Shown here piece after piece: positions 11,804 to 24,894 of a stretch of 64,000 nucleotides of DNA. The notes below the pieces were generated by a model that saw only the letters and a program-made list of their open reading frames with translations, was not told where the DNA came from and made no database searches. The stretch covers positions 41,354,001 to 41,418,000 of the forward strand of contig OZ024743.1 in NCBI GenBank assembly GCA_964016885.1, written 5' to 3'. The DNA is from Eledone cirrhosa (taxonomy: Eukaryota). The position numbers and the translations under genes were made by a program. Each line of letters begins with the position of its first letter. The first letter of the stretch is position 1.

Positions 11804-12608
11804 ATAGGTGTGTATATATGTATGTGAATATATATATATATATATAGAGACACACACGTTATTTCCATATAATTATGAGAGATAGTAGAAAATAGAATGT
11901 TGTTTATTAGTCTGACAGCAATAGCATTTACTATATTTGTATTTTGGTATGTTATATTCATTTCTATTCAGAGCACAAGAATAGATTCTTTAGGTCCTAT
12001 GTATACGGGACGTTACAAGGTCAACTGACTCTGTCACCAAGATGTCCATCCTTAGAATTCACTCATTGTTTATATATTGTGTCTAATACTAGCTTCTATT
12101 GATTTATATTGCAAGGTGTGTTGCGATTAGTGGAAGATCTATTTTACAGGGAAATATTTCTATGCATTTGTATCTGTATTTTTCTGTACTTTTGCTTTTC
12201 TCTCCATGTGTATATGTCTTTCTCTTCTTTTCTGTTTAATGTTGAAAACTTATTGATGCATTAGTATCGACATTTTCGCGTTCAGACATATAGTGCATAT
12301 ATCCTCTTATATTTTCTACAGATTCCTTACAGATACACGCGCACGTGCATACACAACATATATATACACAGAGATAAACACACACACATACACACAAACA
12401 CTTACACTATTTTGGCACACAGGCAACCATACATTCCCACGTAACCACCCCACACTCAGCCTTCCCCGCTCGGACGCATGTCTCCCTCTCCCCTCCCTCC
12501 GAAACATACCTATATTCTAACGACGTATTGAGTAACGTTTAAACTGTGGTCACCTCCCGATTACCGATCAGGAACCCACCCATAATTATATATATATACA
12601 TATATATA

Positions 12609-12813
12609 ATGGTTTCTTATATAGGCATAAGGCCAGCAATTTGGGGGAGGGTAAAGTCAATTAAATCGAACCAGTGCATTAATGGTACTTTATTTTATCG
12701 ACCCCGTAAGGATGAAAGGCAAAGTTAACCTCGGCGGGATTTGAACTGAGAATAACAAGGGCCGTAACTCTATGCATCAAAGCATGGCGTCCGACCCTCT
12801 ACCGATACTGCAA
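12609..12813 (-). mobile_element. tRNA-derived SINE (octopod-type)
   Basis: B-box-like GTTCAAATCCCGCC, core GCCTTTCATCCTTACGGGGTCGATAAAATAAAGTAC and a GCTGGCCTT tail. Confidence 0.85.
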
Positions 12814-14431
12814 TAATAATGCTGTGATATATATTTCAATGGCGACAGTGGTCACACTGTTGCGTGCGCCAGTGCCGCGACATCGTCAGACAGCTTGTTA
12901 CGTAATAAGGTTATGTTTCCGAGGCAATCCAAATTGAATCGACATGTGAACGGACGAAGTGTGTGCTCTTGGGTTCCCTTGCGAGTACCAATTCACCCCC
13001 ACCGGTCTGCGCAGGCGCAGGTCCGAACGAAGTTGACCATTAGCTACCGCAGAGTTCAACAAAATTCGCCTAGACAGTTCCTCCTCTCAACCAAAAGTGA
13101 CCTATTCAGGCCTGTAATATATAGCTTACTGCAATCCAGTGGCAGTCAGCCGGAAGCTAGTGGGGGTCGGAGAGTATTAGTATCAATAGGTCTCAATACT
13201 ACCCCATTTTATGCATGGAGAGTATAATTGACCATCAACCGCTAAGAGAAAATATACTTAATTCTAGGTATTATGGTTTCACAGTGGAAATTATGAATGA
13301 GAGTTGGAATTTAAAACTAAAAATTAAAAATCGAAAATCAGAAATCAAAATTTAAAAAAATTGACAAGTGAGAATCTAGATTGGAGTGAGTAAAAAAAAT
13401 ATAGGTTGAAGTGAGTAAAAAAATATGTGCACCTATACTATCTACTACGTAGGGAGATGTTTCAGTAAGAAGTTTTGAAAGGGGTATTAATGTTACAGAT
13501 ATATTATTTACATACTGAACGATAGTACCGTACAGTAGATTACCTTTCATACTGTAATTTACCCTCCGTTCTACTGTACTGTACTATCGTTTAGTATGTA
13601 GATAATATATCTGTAACATTAATACCCCTTTCAAAACTTCTTACTTAAACATCTCCCTACGTAGTAGATAGTATAGGTGCACATATTTCTTTACTCATTT
13701 CAATCTATATTTTTTTTACTCACTTCAATCTAGATTCTCACTTGTAAATTTTTTTAATTTTTGATTTCTGATTTTCGATTTTTAAGTTTTAGATTTAATT
13801 TCCAACTCTCATTCATAATTTCCACTGTGAAACCATAATACCTAGAATTAAGTATATTTTCTCTTAGAGGTTGATGGTCAATTATACTCTCCATGCTTCA
13901 TGTGGGGTAGTATTGAGACCTATTGATACTCATACTCTCCGACCCCCACTAGCTTTCGGCTGACTACCACTGACGGAGTGGCTTGCAGTAACCTATATAT
14001 TACAGGCCTGAATAGGTCACTGATTGGTTGAGAGGGGGAACTGCCTAGGCGAATTTCGTTGAACTCTGCGGTAGCTAATGGTCAACTTCCTTCGGACCTG
14101 CACCTGCGCATAGCGCTGGGGGTGAGTTGGTACTCAAAAGGGAACGGATGAAAAACCCAAGAGCACACACTTCGTCCGTCTCCATGTCGATTCAATTTGG
14201 ATTGCCTCAGAAACATCACCTTCTTATGTCACGAAACAGTGTGGCCACTGTCGCTATTGAAATGTATATAACAGCATTATTGTGGATTGGCAGTATCGGT
14301 AGAGAGTCGGACGCCATTCTTTGCAGCATACAGTTACGGTTCTTGCCATTCTGAGTTCAAATCCCGCCGAGGTTAACTTTGCCTTTCATCCTTACGGGGT
14401 CGATAAAATAAAGTACGAGTAATGCACTGGG
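12671..14431. repeat. ~1.76-kb imperfect palindrome (arms ~870 bp, spacer ~13540-13569)
   Basis: Continuous reverse-complement match with scattered substitutions and indels, from the centre (...GTACAGTAGA / TCTACTGTAC...) out to the SINE bodies. Confidence 0.95.
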
Positions 14432-14471
14432 TAATTGCTGGCGTTGTGCCAAAAGTAGAAACAATTATTAT
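14281..14471 (+). mobile_element. tRNA-derived SINE (octopod-type)
   Basis: Head GTGGATTGGCAGTATCGGTAGAG, B-box, conserved core and ATT-rich end. Confidence 0.85.
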
Positions 14472-14544
14472 TAAAGGACTTGAACATATGAAACTACTTC
14501 GCTTTTCCTTATTCTATATATATATATGTATAAATATATATATA

Positions 14545-15430
14545 CGAGGTGTGTCAGAAAAATTCCAGGACTGATGTCACAAAAGATTTATTTCAAACAC
14601 AAACTTCACACTAAGAGTTTTCTCCTTCAATGTAATCCCCCTGGAGTATGTAACTGTAATCTTAGCTCTCTACAGCGATCAAACTTTTTTCTTCATAATT
14701 TTATATATACATGTCCTCTGTTTCAGGTTGTCAAGCAATGAGCGCAGAGCAACGAACAAACTTGAAGTTTCTGGTACGATTGGGGAAAACTTCGCCAGAA
14801 GCACTGGGATTGCTGCAACAAGTGTATGGAGATGAGACTATGTCACGCTCACGTGTTTTTGAGCGGTGCAAGAGGTTTAAAGAAGGACGTGAGGACGCGG
14901 AAGATTACCAGACAACCAGGACTGAGGTCAACGTTGAGCGCGTCCGGCAGATGGTTCGTAGCGATCGTCGGCTGACTGTTCGAGTGATGGCAAATGAGCT
15001 AGGCGTTTGGAAGATTCTCACTGAAGTTTTGGACATGCGGAAAATCTGCGCGAAGATGGTGCCAAAACTGCTGAATGATGACCATAAGGGTTGACGCATG
15101 CAAGTGTGCTAGGACATCCTCGGGCGTCTTGAAACAGAACCAGACTTGCTAGGGGCAGTCATCTCCGATAATGAGTCATGGATCTTCGAGTACAGCCCGG
15201 AGGGGACCCGTTTTGAAGACGTGGACACCATCAAAAAGGCCGTGACAACGGAACTGAGGAGGATCCCGGAAGAAACCTTCCACGAGTGCATGCAAACGTG
15301 GCAGAAAAGGATGGAAAAGTGCATTAGACTCCAGGGGGATTACTTTGAAGGAGAACACTCTTATTGTGAAGTTTGAGTTTGAAATAAATCTTTTGTAACA
15401 TCAGGCCTGGAACTTTTCTGACACACCTCG
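14545..15430 (+). mobile_element. Mariner DNA transposon, internally deleted, TA target duplication
   Basis: Termini TA|CGAGGTGTGTCAGAAAA ... TTTTCTGACACACCTCG|TA. Transposase remnants include EQRTNLKFLVRLGK (HTH), KMVPKLL, DNESWIFEY and GDYFEG. Confidence 0.92.
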
Positions 15431-15464
15431 TATGTATATATATATTTATATATATATATATAGA

Positions 15465-15768
<304 letters not shown>

Positions 15769-15803
15769 TGCGTGTGTATGTGTGTGTATGTATATATATA
15801 TAT

Positions 15804-16150
15804 ACGAGGTATACTCAATACAGTTTAAATCATTCCCTTTTCAGGCACTTTAATTCACCTACGTAACTCTCACTCTAATGCATCCTTGTTATTTTTTATA
15901 ATAAGCTAACATGACAAATCTTTATTTTCCAGGTTGATGGTGCAGGCCGCTCCAGCACTTTAACACTACCCGTCATACACCACAGCTGATCGTTTCCACA
16001 ATGCAATGTGGACTTGAGGACAAATTGGTGGCTCAATATACAAATGTTCTTTGTGTCAAGCTCGGCAAAAACGCAACATAAATCTATGAAATGATCGAAA
16101 CTGCTCACGGATTAACTCTCATGTGCCGGTGACTGTTTTTCGCTGGCAAC
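15804..16150 (+). mobile_element. Degenerate mariner 5' fragment
   Basis: Starts TA|CGAGG. Remnant FVKLGKNAT*IYEMIETAHG...TVFRW HTH region. Confidence 0.6.
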
Positions 16151-16249
16151 CGAGGCTGGGTGACGAGAGATGTGATAAAGAGAGGAAAATCAGGAGGCCA
16201 AAGTTAGTCGACAAAAAAACGAGAATCGCCACGCATCTTTTCCGACAAT

Positions 16250-16850
16250 TACTTAACAATCTGAAGTGGCTGAGGGCAACGTTGATAGTGGCGTTTCTGT
16301 TGGTGGTGCTCCAGATGATGTTGCCGGTGCTTGGGTGGGTGATGGTCTACGACCCGTCATTATTAGCTGTGGAGATTTACCACCACTTGCATTTTTGTCT
16401 TGAGGGCAGAAGGCTTGCAAATGCGTTTTGCAAGTGGATGTGCTCCGGAATTTTTCTAAGGTCCTCTCGCCTGATTTGGAGAAGTATCAAATTCGTATTG
16501 TTGTTCATGTTGTCGCTGTCGTATGCGTTTGCTTTTATTTTGTCTTTTTGTTTTCGCTATTTAATTCGTGGTGGTAGTAATGGTGATGGTGGTAGTGATT
16601 TTTGTGGTTTTATTCGCATCAACCGTCGTGGTGGGGGAAGTGCAATTCAACGTGATAAAAATAGGAAGAGCCGTAAAGTTCACTTTGATTCCAACAGCTA
16701 AATTTTAGTTTCTGCCGCTGCTATCCTTGTTTTGAGAATTTTATCTGTTCCAATCTATGGACAGCTCGCCATTCCGTTGGGTGGTAACAACATCCGCAAT
16801 CTTAATTGAGGGCCGTGTTTGAACAGCTGTTCTAGCGATGGTTTTTCTCA
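16250..16850 (-). pseudogene. Possible decayed Tx1-like ORF1 fragment
   Basis: Minus-strand LILLQIRREDLRKIPEHIHL resembles LELVVQMRPERIVQIPERVIL of ORF1 at ~26.55 kb. Similarity is weak and judged by eye. Confidence 0.35.
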
Positions 16851-17365
16851 TCTTTCTCTTTATATATATATATAAATGTGTGTGTGTGTGTGTGTGTGGA
16901 TGTGTGCGTGTGTGTGTGTTTATTTAGATGGATATACAATAATTACGATCACGTTGCAGCATAATTGCTCAATTAAACAGTTGTAAAGAAAACCTTTATC
17001 AGAGCGAACTCTTAAAAGATAATATGGAAACAATGATACACAACTATTCTTATAACTTAAGCCCAGGTGGGAAAAAAACGATGACAAGCATTTTAACAGT
17101 TTAACATTTAAGGCTTTTATACTTATATTAGTAAATCGCCTATGTTGCCCAGATTCGTGCCATGAAAAGAAGAAGCAACGAAAAATAAAAAAATAAAAAT
17201 AAAAATAAACTACTAATAACAATTTTCATAAATTAGTAATTAGCAAAGATAGGTCAATGGCACATCATCAGAAGGCCGCCCTGAAAGCAATTTAAATATA
17301 AGGAATCTACGGAAGAGTTGAAACTAAAACTACACCACAGGTTCGTCGTCATAGAAGCTGTCACA

Positions 17366-17446
<81 letters not shown>

Positions 17447-17601
17447 GTTACAATTTACGTACAAACCAAAAAATTAAAAGTTCAAGGCATTTGATTAATG
17501 ACAATTGTTTCTTCCCAAATAAAGGTCCTGAATGGTGTTGCCATTGCATTGAGCTAAAATACACCTCGTAAATGAGTACAATTTACTCTCATTAATATTA
17601 A

Positions 17602-18135
17602 GGTGGATTGGCAGTATCGGTAGAGGGTCGGACGCCATACTTTCCAGCATAGTTACGTCCTTTTACGATCTGAGTTCAAATCCCGCCGAGGTCGACTTTG
17701 CCTTTCATCCTTGCGAGGTCGATAAAATAAAGTACCAGTGATGCACTGGGTAATTGCTGGCCTTGTGCCTAAAGTAGAAACAATTAATATTAATATTAAT
17801 ATAAAGGGCGGTGGATTGGCAGTATCGGTAGAGGGTCGGACGCCATGCTTTCCAGCATAGTTATGTCCCTTTACGATCTGAGTTCAAATCCCGCCGAGGT
17901 TGACTTTGCCTTTCATCCTTACGGGGTCGATAAAATAAAGTACCAGTAATGTACTGGATAATTGCTGGCCTTCTGCCAAAAGTAGAAACAATTAATATTA
18001 CTATTATATATGATCTGAGTTCAAATCCCGCCGAGGTTAACTTTGCCTTTCATCCTTACGTGGTCGATAAAATAAAGTACCAGTAATGTACTGGGTAATT
18101 GGTTGCCTTGTGCCAAAAGTAAAAACAATTAATAT
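17602..18135 (+). mobile_element. Three head-to-tail SINE copies (17602-17790, 17806-17999, partial 18011-18135)
   Basis: Repeated SINE head, B-box, core and tail, each ending AAACAATTAATAT. Confidence 0.9.
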
Positions 18136-18175
18136 TACTATTATATATATATATATATAAATGTATATATATATT

Positions 18176-18209
<34 letters not shown>

Positions 18210-18932
18210 TGCGTGTGTGCGTATATATTCTGGGTAAATCAAAATTTAGAAAGATGAGCGCATATTATTTTCCTTTGGAATATGTGGTAAATCAGACGAT
18301 TGGAAAATGGGACAAACCAAGAACAAACATGACAATAGAGATTGGGGCAAAAATCAGCGGAAATTTCTAAGTTTTTTCAGTACGTAACAATTCTGAAAAA
18401 AACATAGCTTAGATCGCTACCTCCAATATATTTTCAAATTAGGAAGACGTCGTTCGGAAAAAATTAAAAACACAAGAAACGGTTTACAAAGCCGATGAAG
18501 ACCAACGCACCTTTTGTGTTCTCTCTTTCTTTCAATTAAATATGGGTATGTTTGATTGTGAAGAGTAACGAGATCATATAGTATATGAATTTGAATTCAT
18601 AACGTGCTTGTTTTTAGTTCACGAATATATAATCACTGTAACATAAAACTATTTTTCAAGCAGATCTTTAAGAATATAGCTATGAACAGTTTGATAAATT
18701 TCGTTAGAGAAATGGTACCGTCATTTAATCAAGAAACAATTTTATCATCATGTAATTTGAACAATCTTTATTTGAATTTCTCAATCTCTAGATAATCTAA
18801 CTTTAAACCGTTTTTAATTCACTGACATACACCGATAAATATGTGTGTAATAGTTACTGAACGTATGTGGTTTTGGATTAACGCAAAGGAAGGACAATTG
18901 ACCAGATATATTTTAGAACATGTGTATTGATA

Positions 18933-19119
18933 TTATAATTGTTTCTACTTTTGGCACAAGGCCAGCAATTATCCCAGTGTATTACTGGTACATTTTATCG
19001 ACCCCGTAAGGATGAAAGGCAAAGTTAACCTCGGCGGGATTTGAACTCATACTGTAAAGGGACGTAACTCTATGCTACAAAGCATGGTGTCCGACCCAAT
19101 CTACTACCAATCCACTGCC
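18933..19119 (-). mobile_element. tRNA-derived SINE (octopod-type)
   Basis: Reverse complement of the same head, core and tail. Confidence 0.85.
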
Positions 19120-19854
19120 CCTGTATTAATATTATAATGATGAGCAAATGTATTTCATTACAATAAGATTTGGTATTTTGTTGATTTAATATTAGGTTAA
19201 ATATATCTTATGATCTATTATGCAATGTAAAAGCGACTACATCAAGACGTAAACATATCGTTGTTTCCTCAGATAAATTTTAGCACACCTATAATTAAAG
19301 AGGTTTCAACTTACGTGAAATCTGGATAAAATATATTTTTTAATTCAAAGAGACTAGTAGTTATGTATTTCGTATATCGTCCAGACGACGATATTACACC
19401 CGCAATTTACTCCACTCCCTGTGATGATGAAGTTTTGAAACGTTTAATTTCTTATGTCGAATGAATTTACCTATTTGATACTTCCCACCAACTTATATAC
19501 TAGTGGATCCGTGCCAGCAATAACGAATGTATTTAATGTTTGTTACCCAATATTGTATCTCATGAAAACCAGGATATATGAAGAATAATAGAAATTCGGA
19601 AATTTGCGTTTTGATAAATATATGTTTAGCATAAGAGAAACACTAAAGTTAGAGTTAATTACTCACACGTGGAAATGATTAAAAATAAGACATATACATT
19701 AAAAAATTATTTCTAGGTTATAATTACACACACGTTCAACATATAGGTACAGATGACATACTTGATTAAATATTTAAGTAACATAGGGGATGTAACTATT
19801 TCCAAGGAGAATTATGTGTATGTGTGTGTACAGTTTGATGTTAGAAATTTATAT

Positions 19855-20445
19855 ATATATATATCCAAAATTAAATTAAGGGTGTCATGTCTGAGAGACA
19901 TGCGCCATATCCACTGTAGAATATGCACAAAGATTCCAATGAATAGATCCGAGCAATTATATCAACTAGAAATTGATTGACATATATAAATATATACATA
20001 AAATAAACATATGAAACAATCACAGAGAATAATTTATGAAGTGACAGTAGTCAAAACGGATTTTCAGCACTGGAGGAGTTTTAACTATCTGTGTTTACAC
20101 AGTAAATGCAAATCTGTGAATGACTCGAAGCACGTGTTGCATTATTTTTTAAATACTCACATCGCACCAGCATCATGCCAGTAACGTGAATAGGATTATC
20201 GACAGTTAGAAATAGCAGCTGAATCTTTTCAACTGAGTTAGCTCTACAATCAAGGGGCCGTATATATATATCCAAAATTAAATTGAGGGCGTCATGTCTG
20301 AGAGACATGCGCCATATCCACTGTAGAATATGCTCACAGATTCAGATGAATAGAATCCGTGCATTTATATCAACTAGAAATTGATTGACTTATATATATA
20401 TATACATAAAATAAACATATGAAACAATCACAGGGAAAAATTTGT
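19855..20445. repeat. ~180-bp direct repeat (19855-20035, 20262-20445) with three consecutive hairpins
   Basis: TATCCAAAATTAAATT.AGGG.GTCATGTCTGAGAGACATGCGCC...GAAACAATCACAG occurs twice. Confidence 0.85.
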
Positions 20446-20731
20446 AAAGTGTGTAAGCACACACAGCTAGGTAGTTAACTAATTAAAGTTTAACTTGAAC
20501 TTCAAATATAGATACCTTTTAAAATGATTATTCTCCTTTGTATATATTTCTTTAAATAAAGAACTATATTTCACCATTCTTTATTTAATGAAATATATAC
20601 AAAGGAGATTAATCATTTTAAAAGGTATATATATTTGAAGTTCTAGTTACACTTTAATTAGTTAGCTACCTAGCTGTGTGTGCTTACACACTTTAGAAAG
20701 TATTCCCTGTGGATGTTTCATATTTTAATTT

Positions 20732-20739
<8 letters not shown>
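20401..20739. repeat. ~340-bp fold-back palindrome ending in (TA)n
   Basis: GTGTGTAAGCACACACAGCTAGGTAG / CTACCTAGCTGTGTGTGCTTACACAC, with centre ~20564-20575. Confidence 0.9.
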
Positions 20740-20767
<28 letters not shown>

Positions 20768-20966
20768 ACTCAATTACTTGTTGATATATATATATACAAG
20801 TGGAAGGTTAGTAAAATCGAAGCTTTGGGTCTGGCCAAGCAAAATCGTTCTACAATAAGGAATGAGTAGTAAATCACTCAATAAGGGTAGGTCATTAGAG
20901 TAATAACATACTTTTAAATAGCTTGGCAAATTGAAAATGCGGTAGACATATATATATATATATATA

Positions 20967-21041
<75 letters not shown>

Positions 21042-21046
<5 letters not shown>

Positions 21047-22209
21047 AATAATGGTGGCTGCGCGTTGCAAATGGGGTGCATATGAAAAAGTAAGTCCTTC
21101 ATCAGTGACCCTCCAACCGTCCCAGGCATTTCATCGCTTTAAGGGCCATATACCCCAGGTTGGTGCGAACAACGGCTAAAAAAAGTCGTTGGGACACGTA
21201 AATAAAGGGGACGTAGGGTAACAAACAAAATGGTTTAAGCAACGGAAAGTGAGAAGAAATAGACAAGTCCCAGATTTCTATGAATATAAACTCGGTGAAA
21301 TCGTGAACAAGAGACAAAAGACCATCAAACCTGGTTGAAATGTGAGCAAGGAAGGAATTTCGCACAGGTCTAACGGGGGGGAGAAGAAGAAGAAGAAGAA
21401 GAAGAAGAAGAAGAAGAAGAAGAAGAAGAAGAAGAAGAAGAAGAAGAAGAAGAAGAAGAAGAAGAAGAAGAAGGGGTCTGGTCTACGAATTCGGTAAACA
21501 TAAGTTTTGTGAAGTCGCAGACGAAAGAGAGAGACAGAAAAAAAATTTCATACCGGCTTGACCAAGAACGCGCGAGAAAAGAATTACACACAGGTCAAAC
21601 GGGAAGAAAGAGGAGGAAAGAGCGGAGGAGGAGGAGGAGGCGTAGTGACAGAGAATGAGTGAGTGAAAGTTGAGGAGGAGGCTAACAGAGAGAGAGACTG
21701 CTAGAAAGGGTAAAGATACAAAGAACGAAACAGACGGGTAGCAGCAGAAGAAAAATTATGTGTAAATATGATAATAATGATGGCTGCGCGTTGCAAATGG
21801 GGTACATATGAAAGAGTAAGTCCTTCATCAGTGACCCTCCAACCGTCCCAGGCATTTCATCGCTTTAAGGGCCATATACCTAAGGTTGGTGCGAACAACG
21901 GCTAAAAAAAGTCGTTGGGACACGTAAATAAAGGGGACGTAGGGTAACAAACAAAATGGTTTAAGCAACGGAAAGGAAGAAGAAATAGACAAGTCCCAGA
22001 TTTCTATGAATATAAACTCGGTGAAATCGTGAACAAGAGACAAAAGACCATCGAACCTGGTTGAAATGTGAGCAAGGAAGGAATTTCGCACAGGTCTAAC
22101 GGGGGGAAGAAGAAGAAGAAGAAGAAGAAGAAGAAGAAGAAGAAGAAGAAGAAGAAGAAGAAGAAGAAGAAGAAGAAGAAGAAGAAGAAGGGGTCTGGTC
22201 TACGAATTC

Positions 22210-22212
<3 letters not shown>
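21042..22212 (-). repeat. Partial tandem duplication (unit ~726 bp) with (GAA)n tracts, flanked by (TA)n; homologous to the 53.4-54.0 and 59.9-60.8 kb repeats
   Basis: 21042-21493 is repeated at 21768-22212. Shared blocks on minus: GCACCAACCT, GATGAAAT, CACTGATGAAGGACT, TGCAAC. Confidence 0.88.
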
Positions 22213-22255
<43 letters not shown>

Positions 22256-22257
<2 letters not shown>

Positions 22258-22376
22258 GGCGTGTGGCTGAGTGGTTAGAGAATTGGATTCGCAATCGTAA
22301 GGTTGTGAGTTGTTCGATTCTTGGACCAGGCGATGCGTTATGTCCTTGAGCAAGACACTTTATTTCACATTGCTCC
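22256..22376 (+). mobile_element. Second tRNA-derived SINE family, 3'-truncated
   Basis: A-box TGGCTGAGTGG, B-box GTTCGATTC and GTCCTTGAGCAAGACACTTTA core. A degenerate antisense copy is near 4565-4625. Confidence 0.75.
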
Positions 22377-22472
22377 TTCTACCTGGAGTTGCGACCGATA
22401 GATAGTATTAGCAATTGGAAAGACCAACGGAAACATTGTTCCCTCGGTCCGATTTGACGAAAGTCGATCGTT

Positions 22473-22510
<38 letters not shown>

Positions 22511-22559
22511 TATAGATATATATTATATATGGATAGATAGATAGATAGATATGTATCTA

Positions 22560-22594
<35 letters not shown>

Positions 22595-23309
22595 TTGACT
22601 ATTATTGTGGTTGATCTCTTAAAACAGAGAGCAAGCATATGGTTGTTTGGCCTGCAGAAAAATATTCCTAAATATAACCATCACCTTATTGAAAAAGAAA
22701 GGACATTGGAAAAGGTTACGCCATGCGTGCATTCTGGCTGTGAAAAAGACGGGATTGCCACAGCTGGAAAACATTTGATCATAGGTCCGCTCGATTAGGT
22801 CTGACCAGAGGGCAAAAAACACCAGTGACAAAAACAACGACAACACAGCAATAGCAACACGTGCAACACCAAGTTTCGTATTCAAGCCATTGTTTATTTG
22901 TCTGCTCACTTATCTCAGAAACCACTAAACAGACGAAGCTCAAAGCTTAATTTTCATCAATAATTTATATCTTTTTTTTTTTTTTTTTTCAATATTGTTT
23001 GCTAATCTTACTTATATGATTCTTCATATAGCTAAATACGGACCAAGCCATGAGGATCAGCAAAGAGAAAATCAATTGCTTGAAAATGCATACACGTTAG
23101 CAAAACAAGCACATAGAGATTTATATTAAAAAGCAGTTTTCTCCCTATTGTTCTTGAGATTGGTAGCATGGTGTGTATTTATTAGCAAATCTATTTAAGT
23201 TTGACACTATGTGTAATGTTTCTATGAACGTGTGTGAGTATTTCATGTGGTGCAAGCATTGTGCATATGTGTCGGTATCCAGGTAAATGGGACCTGGGTG
23301 TAGGGAGAG

Positions 23310-24640
23310 AGCAGATTAAAGGAAGAGGGGTGCAGTATTAAAGCCATAAATGATGGATGCCTGTAGAAAAATAAATCAGCTGCTGTGCTAAACCATGGTC
23401 ATGGTGCAGGGTGATAGCGTGGTGGTAGTGTGGGAGACCGGAGACGGATTGCCGATCTTGATATCTCAAAGATAATCGCTGAATCTTTCGGCATGTCGAC
23501 GGTCAGTTATACCAATGTAGATGACCACACAGAGAGCGCAACAGAGCCCATAGACGAAGCACATTGAAGTACAGCTGAATGGGTCGTAACAATAAAATAA
23601 CGACCGCTGGGTGGGTGTGGCTGGTCAAGCTGCATGTGTGACAGCGGGGTGGCGAGTAGTGGTAGGCCACACGTGAAGAGTTGTAAGAGGAAGGAATTTG
23701 CGGACGAGGTGATTCATGACGTTGCGCCTTCTTGAGGGTCAAAGAGTTCTAGGAAGAGGGCAATGGTAGTCGGTTCGTGCTACGAACTGGTGGTTGCGTG
23801 GTGTAAGGACAATGGTACGATCAGCTCCAATGACATGGGTTATGGGGGCTTGGATGAAGATATCCACGCCGTGTATAGAGTCTAACCATGTTTAGAGCCT
23901 GTACAGCAATGCGATAGGTTCCAGCACATAGGTGGCGGAGACGAAGGAATTTGGAGTGGCGGATGGTGTGCTTGGTGTGAGTTGGATATGAGGAGGTGAA
24001 ATCGAGATAGGAGTGGGATTCAGTAAAATCGAAGAAGGGTGAGGTAAGGAGGGAGTGGTGGGACTCTCTCATTAGATGCAGAGGGCAGAGTTGTCCAGGA
24101 AGTGGACGGAAGTCATAGAAATAGAGGAGCTTAATTCAAAAATAGAAGAAGCAGTATTGAGAAAGGAGTCTAGTTATTCCCTGTTGAGTGACGATGTGCC
24201 GATAGAGTCATCATTGTATGCGTCTGTATAGCATGAAAGTGTGTTTGGTATATTGTGAAACCAGTTGGGAAGGCTGAAATTGGCTGAGGCGATGGGAACC
24301 CCAGGATTTCTGGTTTATGTATTTTGGGAAGGAAGTAGATGGTGGAGGTGCAGAGTGCGTAGACGATAAGGTTCGTGACTCTGGGGGGTAGGAGTAAAGA
24401 GCCGACAATTTCCCGTAAAACGGAGGCAACTTGTTAATGGTTTTGAGGTGTGAGTTCACAGGGCTATAGGTATTAGAAGAGGGGTTTGAGGATCACTCAT
24501 TGCCTCTGCTCTGTAGATCTTCGTTCATATCATGAACGCAATGCCCCGCTTCTCAGCCGGTTGGATGACGATGTCATCAGGATCTCGGAGAGATTGAAAG
24601 GTAGCGATTTCTGACCCGGAGGAAGTCGCTTCGTTGGGAG
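23310..24640 (-). pseudogene. Heavily decayed Penelope/Poseidon-type RT-GIY-YIG element
   Basis: DIVIQPAEKRG (=IKPADKG), FPKYI..GSHRLS, TESHSYLDFTSSYPTHTKHTIRHSKFLRLRHLC, RRGY, and FSCTSMCFVYGLCCALC..YIG.T.R..AERF. Confidence 0.8.
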
Positions 24641-24687
24641 TGTTTATACATACACACAAACACGTGCACACAAACACGTGCACACGT

Positions 24688-24809
<122 letters not shown>

Positions 24810-24894
24810 TGTAAACTTGTGTTCGAGCATTGCCATCGTCTGATAAAACGCTCAAAAATTTAAACCACCCCTGACTTGCACCCTCTAGCATATA

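Noticed and set aside
16123-16701. 192-aa hydrophobic plus-strand ORF as a membrane protein
   Set aside because: No recognisable family. It begins in a mariner relic and is probably the antisense of an A/C-rich decayed LINE ORF1.
17602-17690. tRNA gene
   Set aside because: A/B-box-like head without a cloverleaf, fused to the SINE core. The same applies to the other SINE heads, including 22256.
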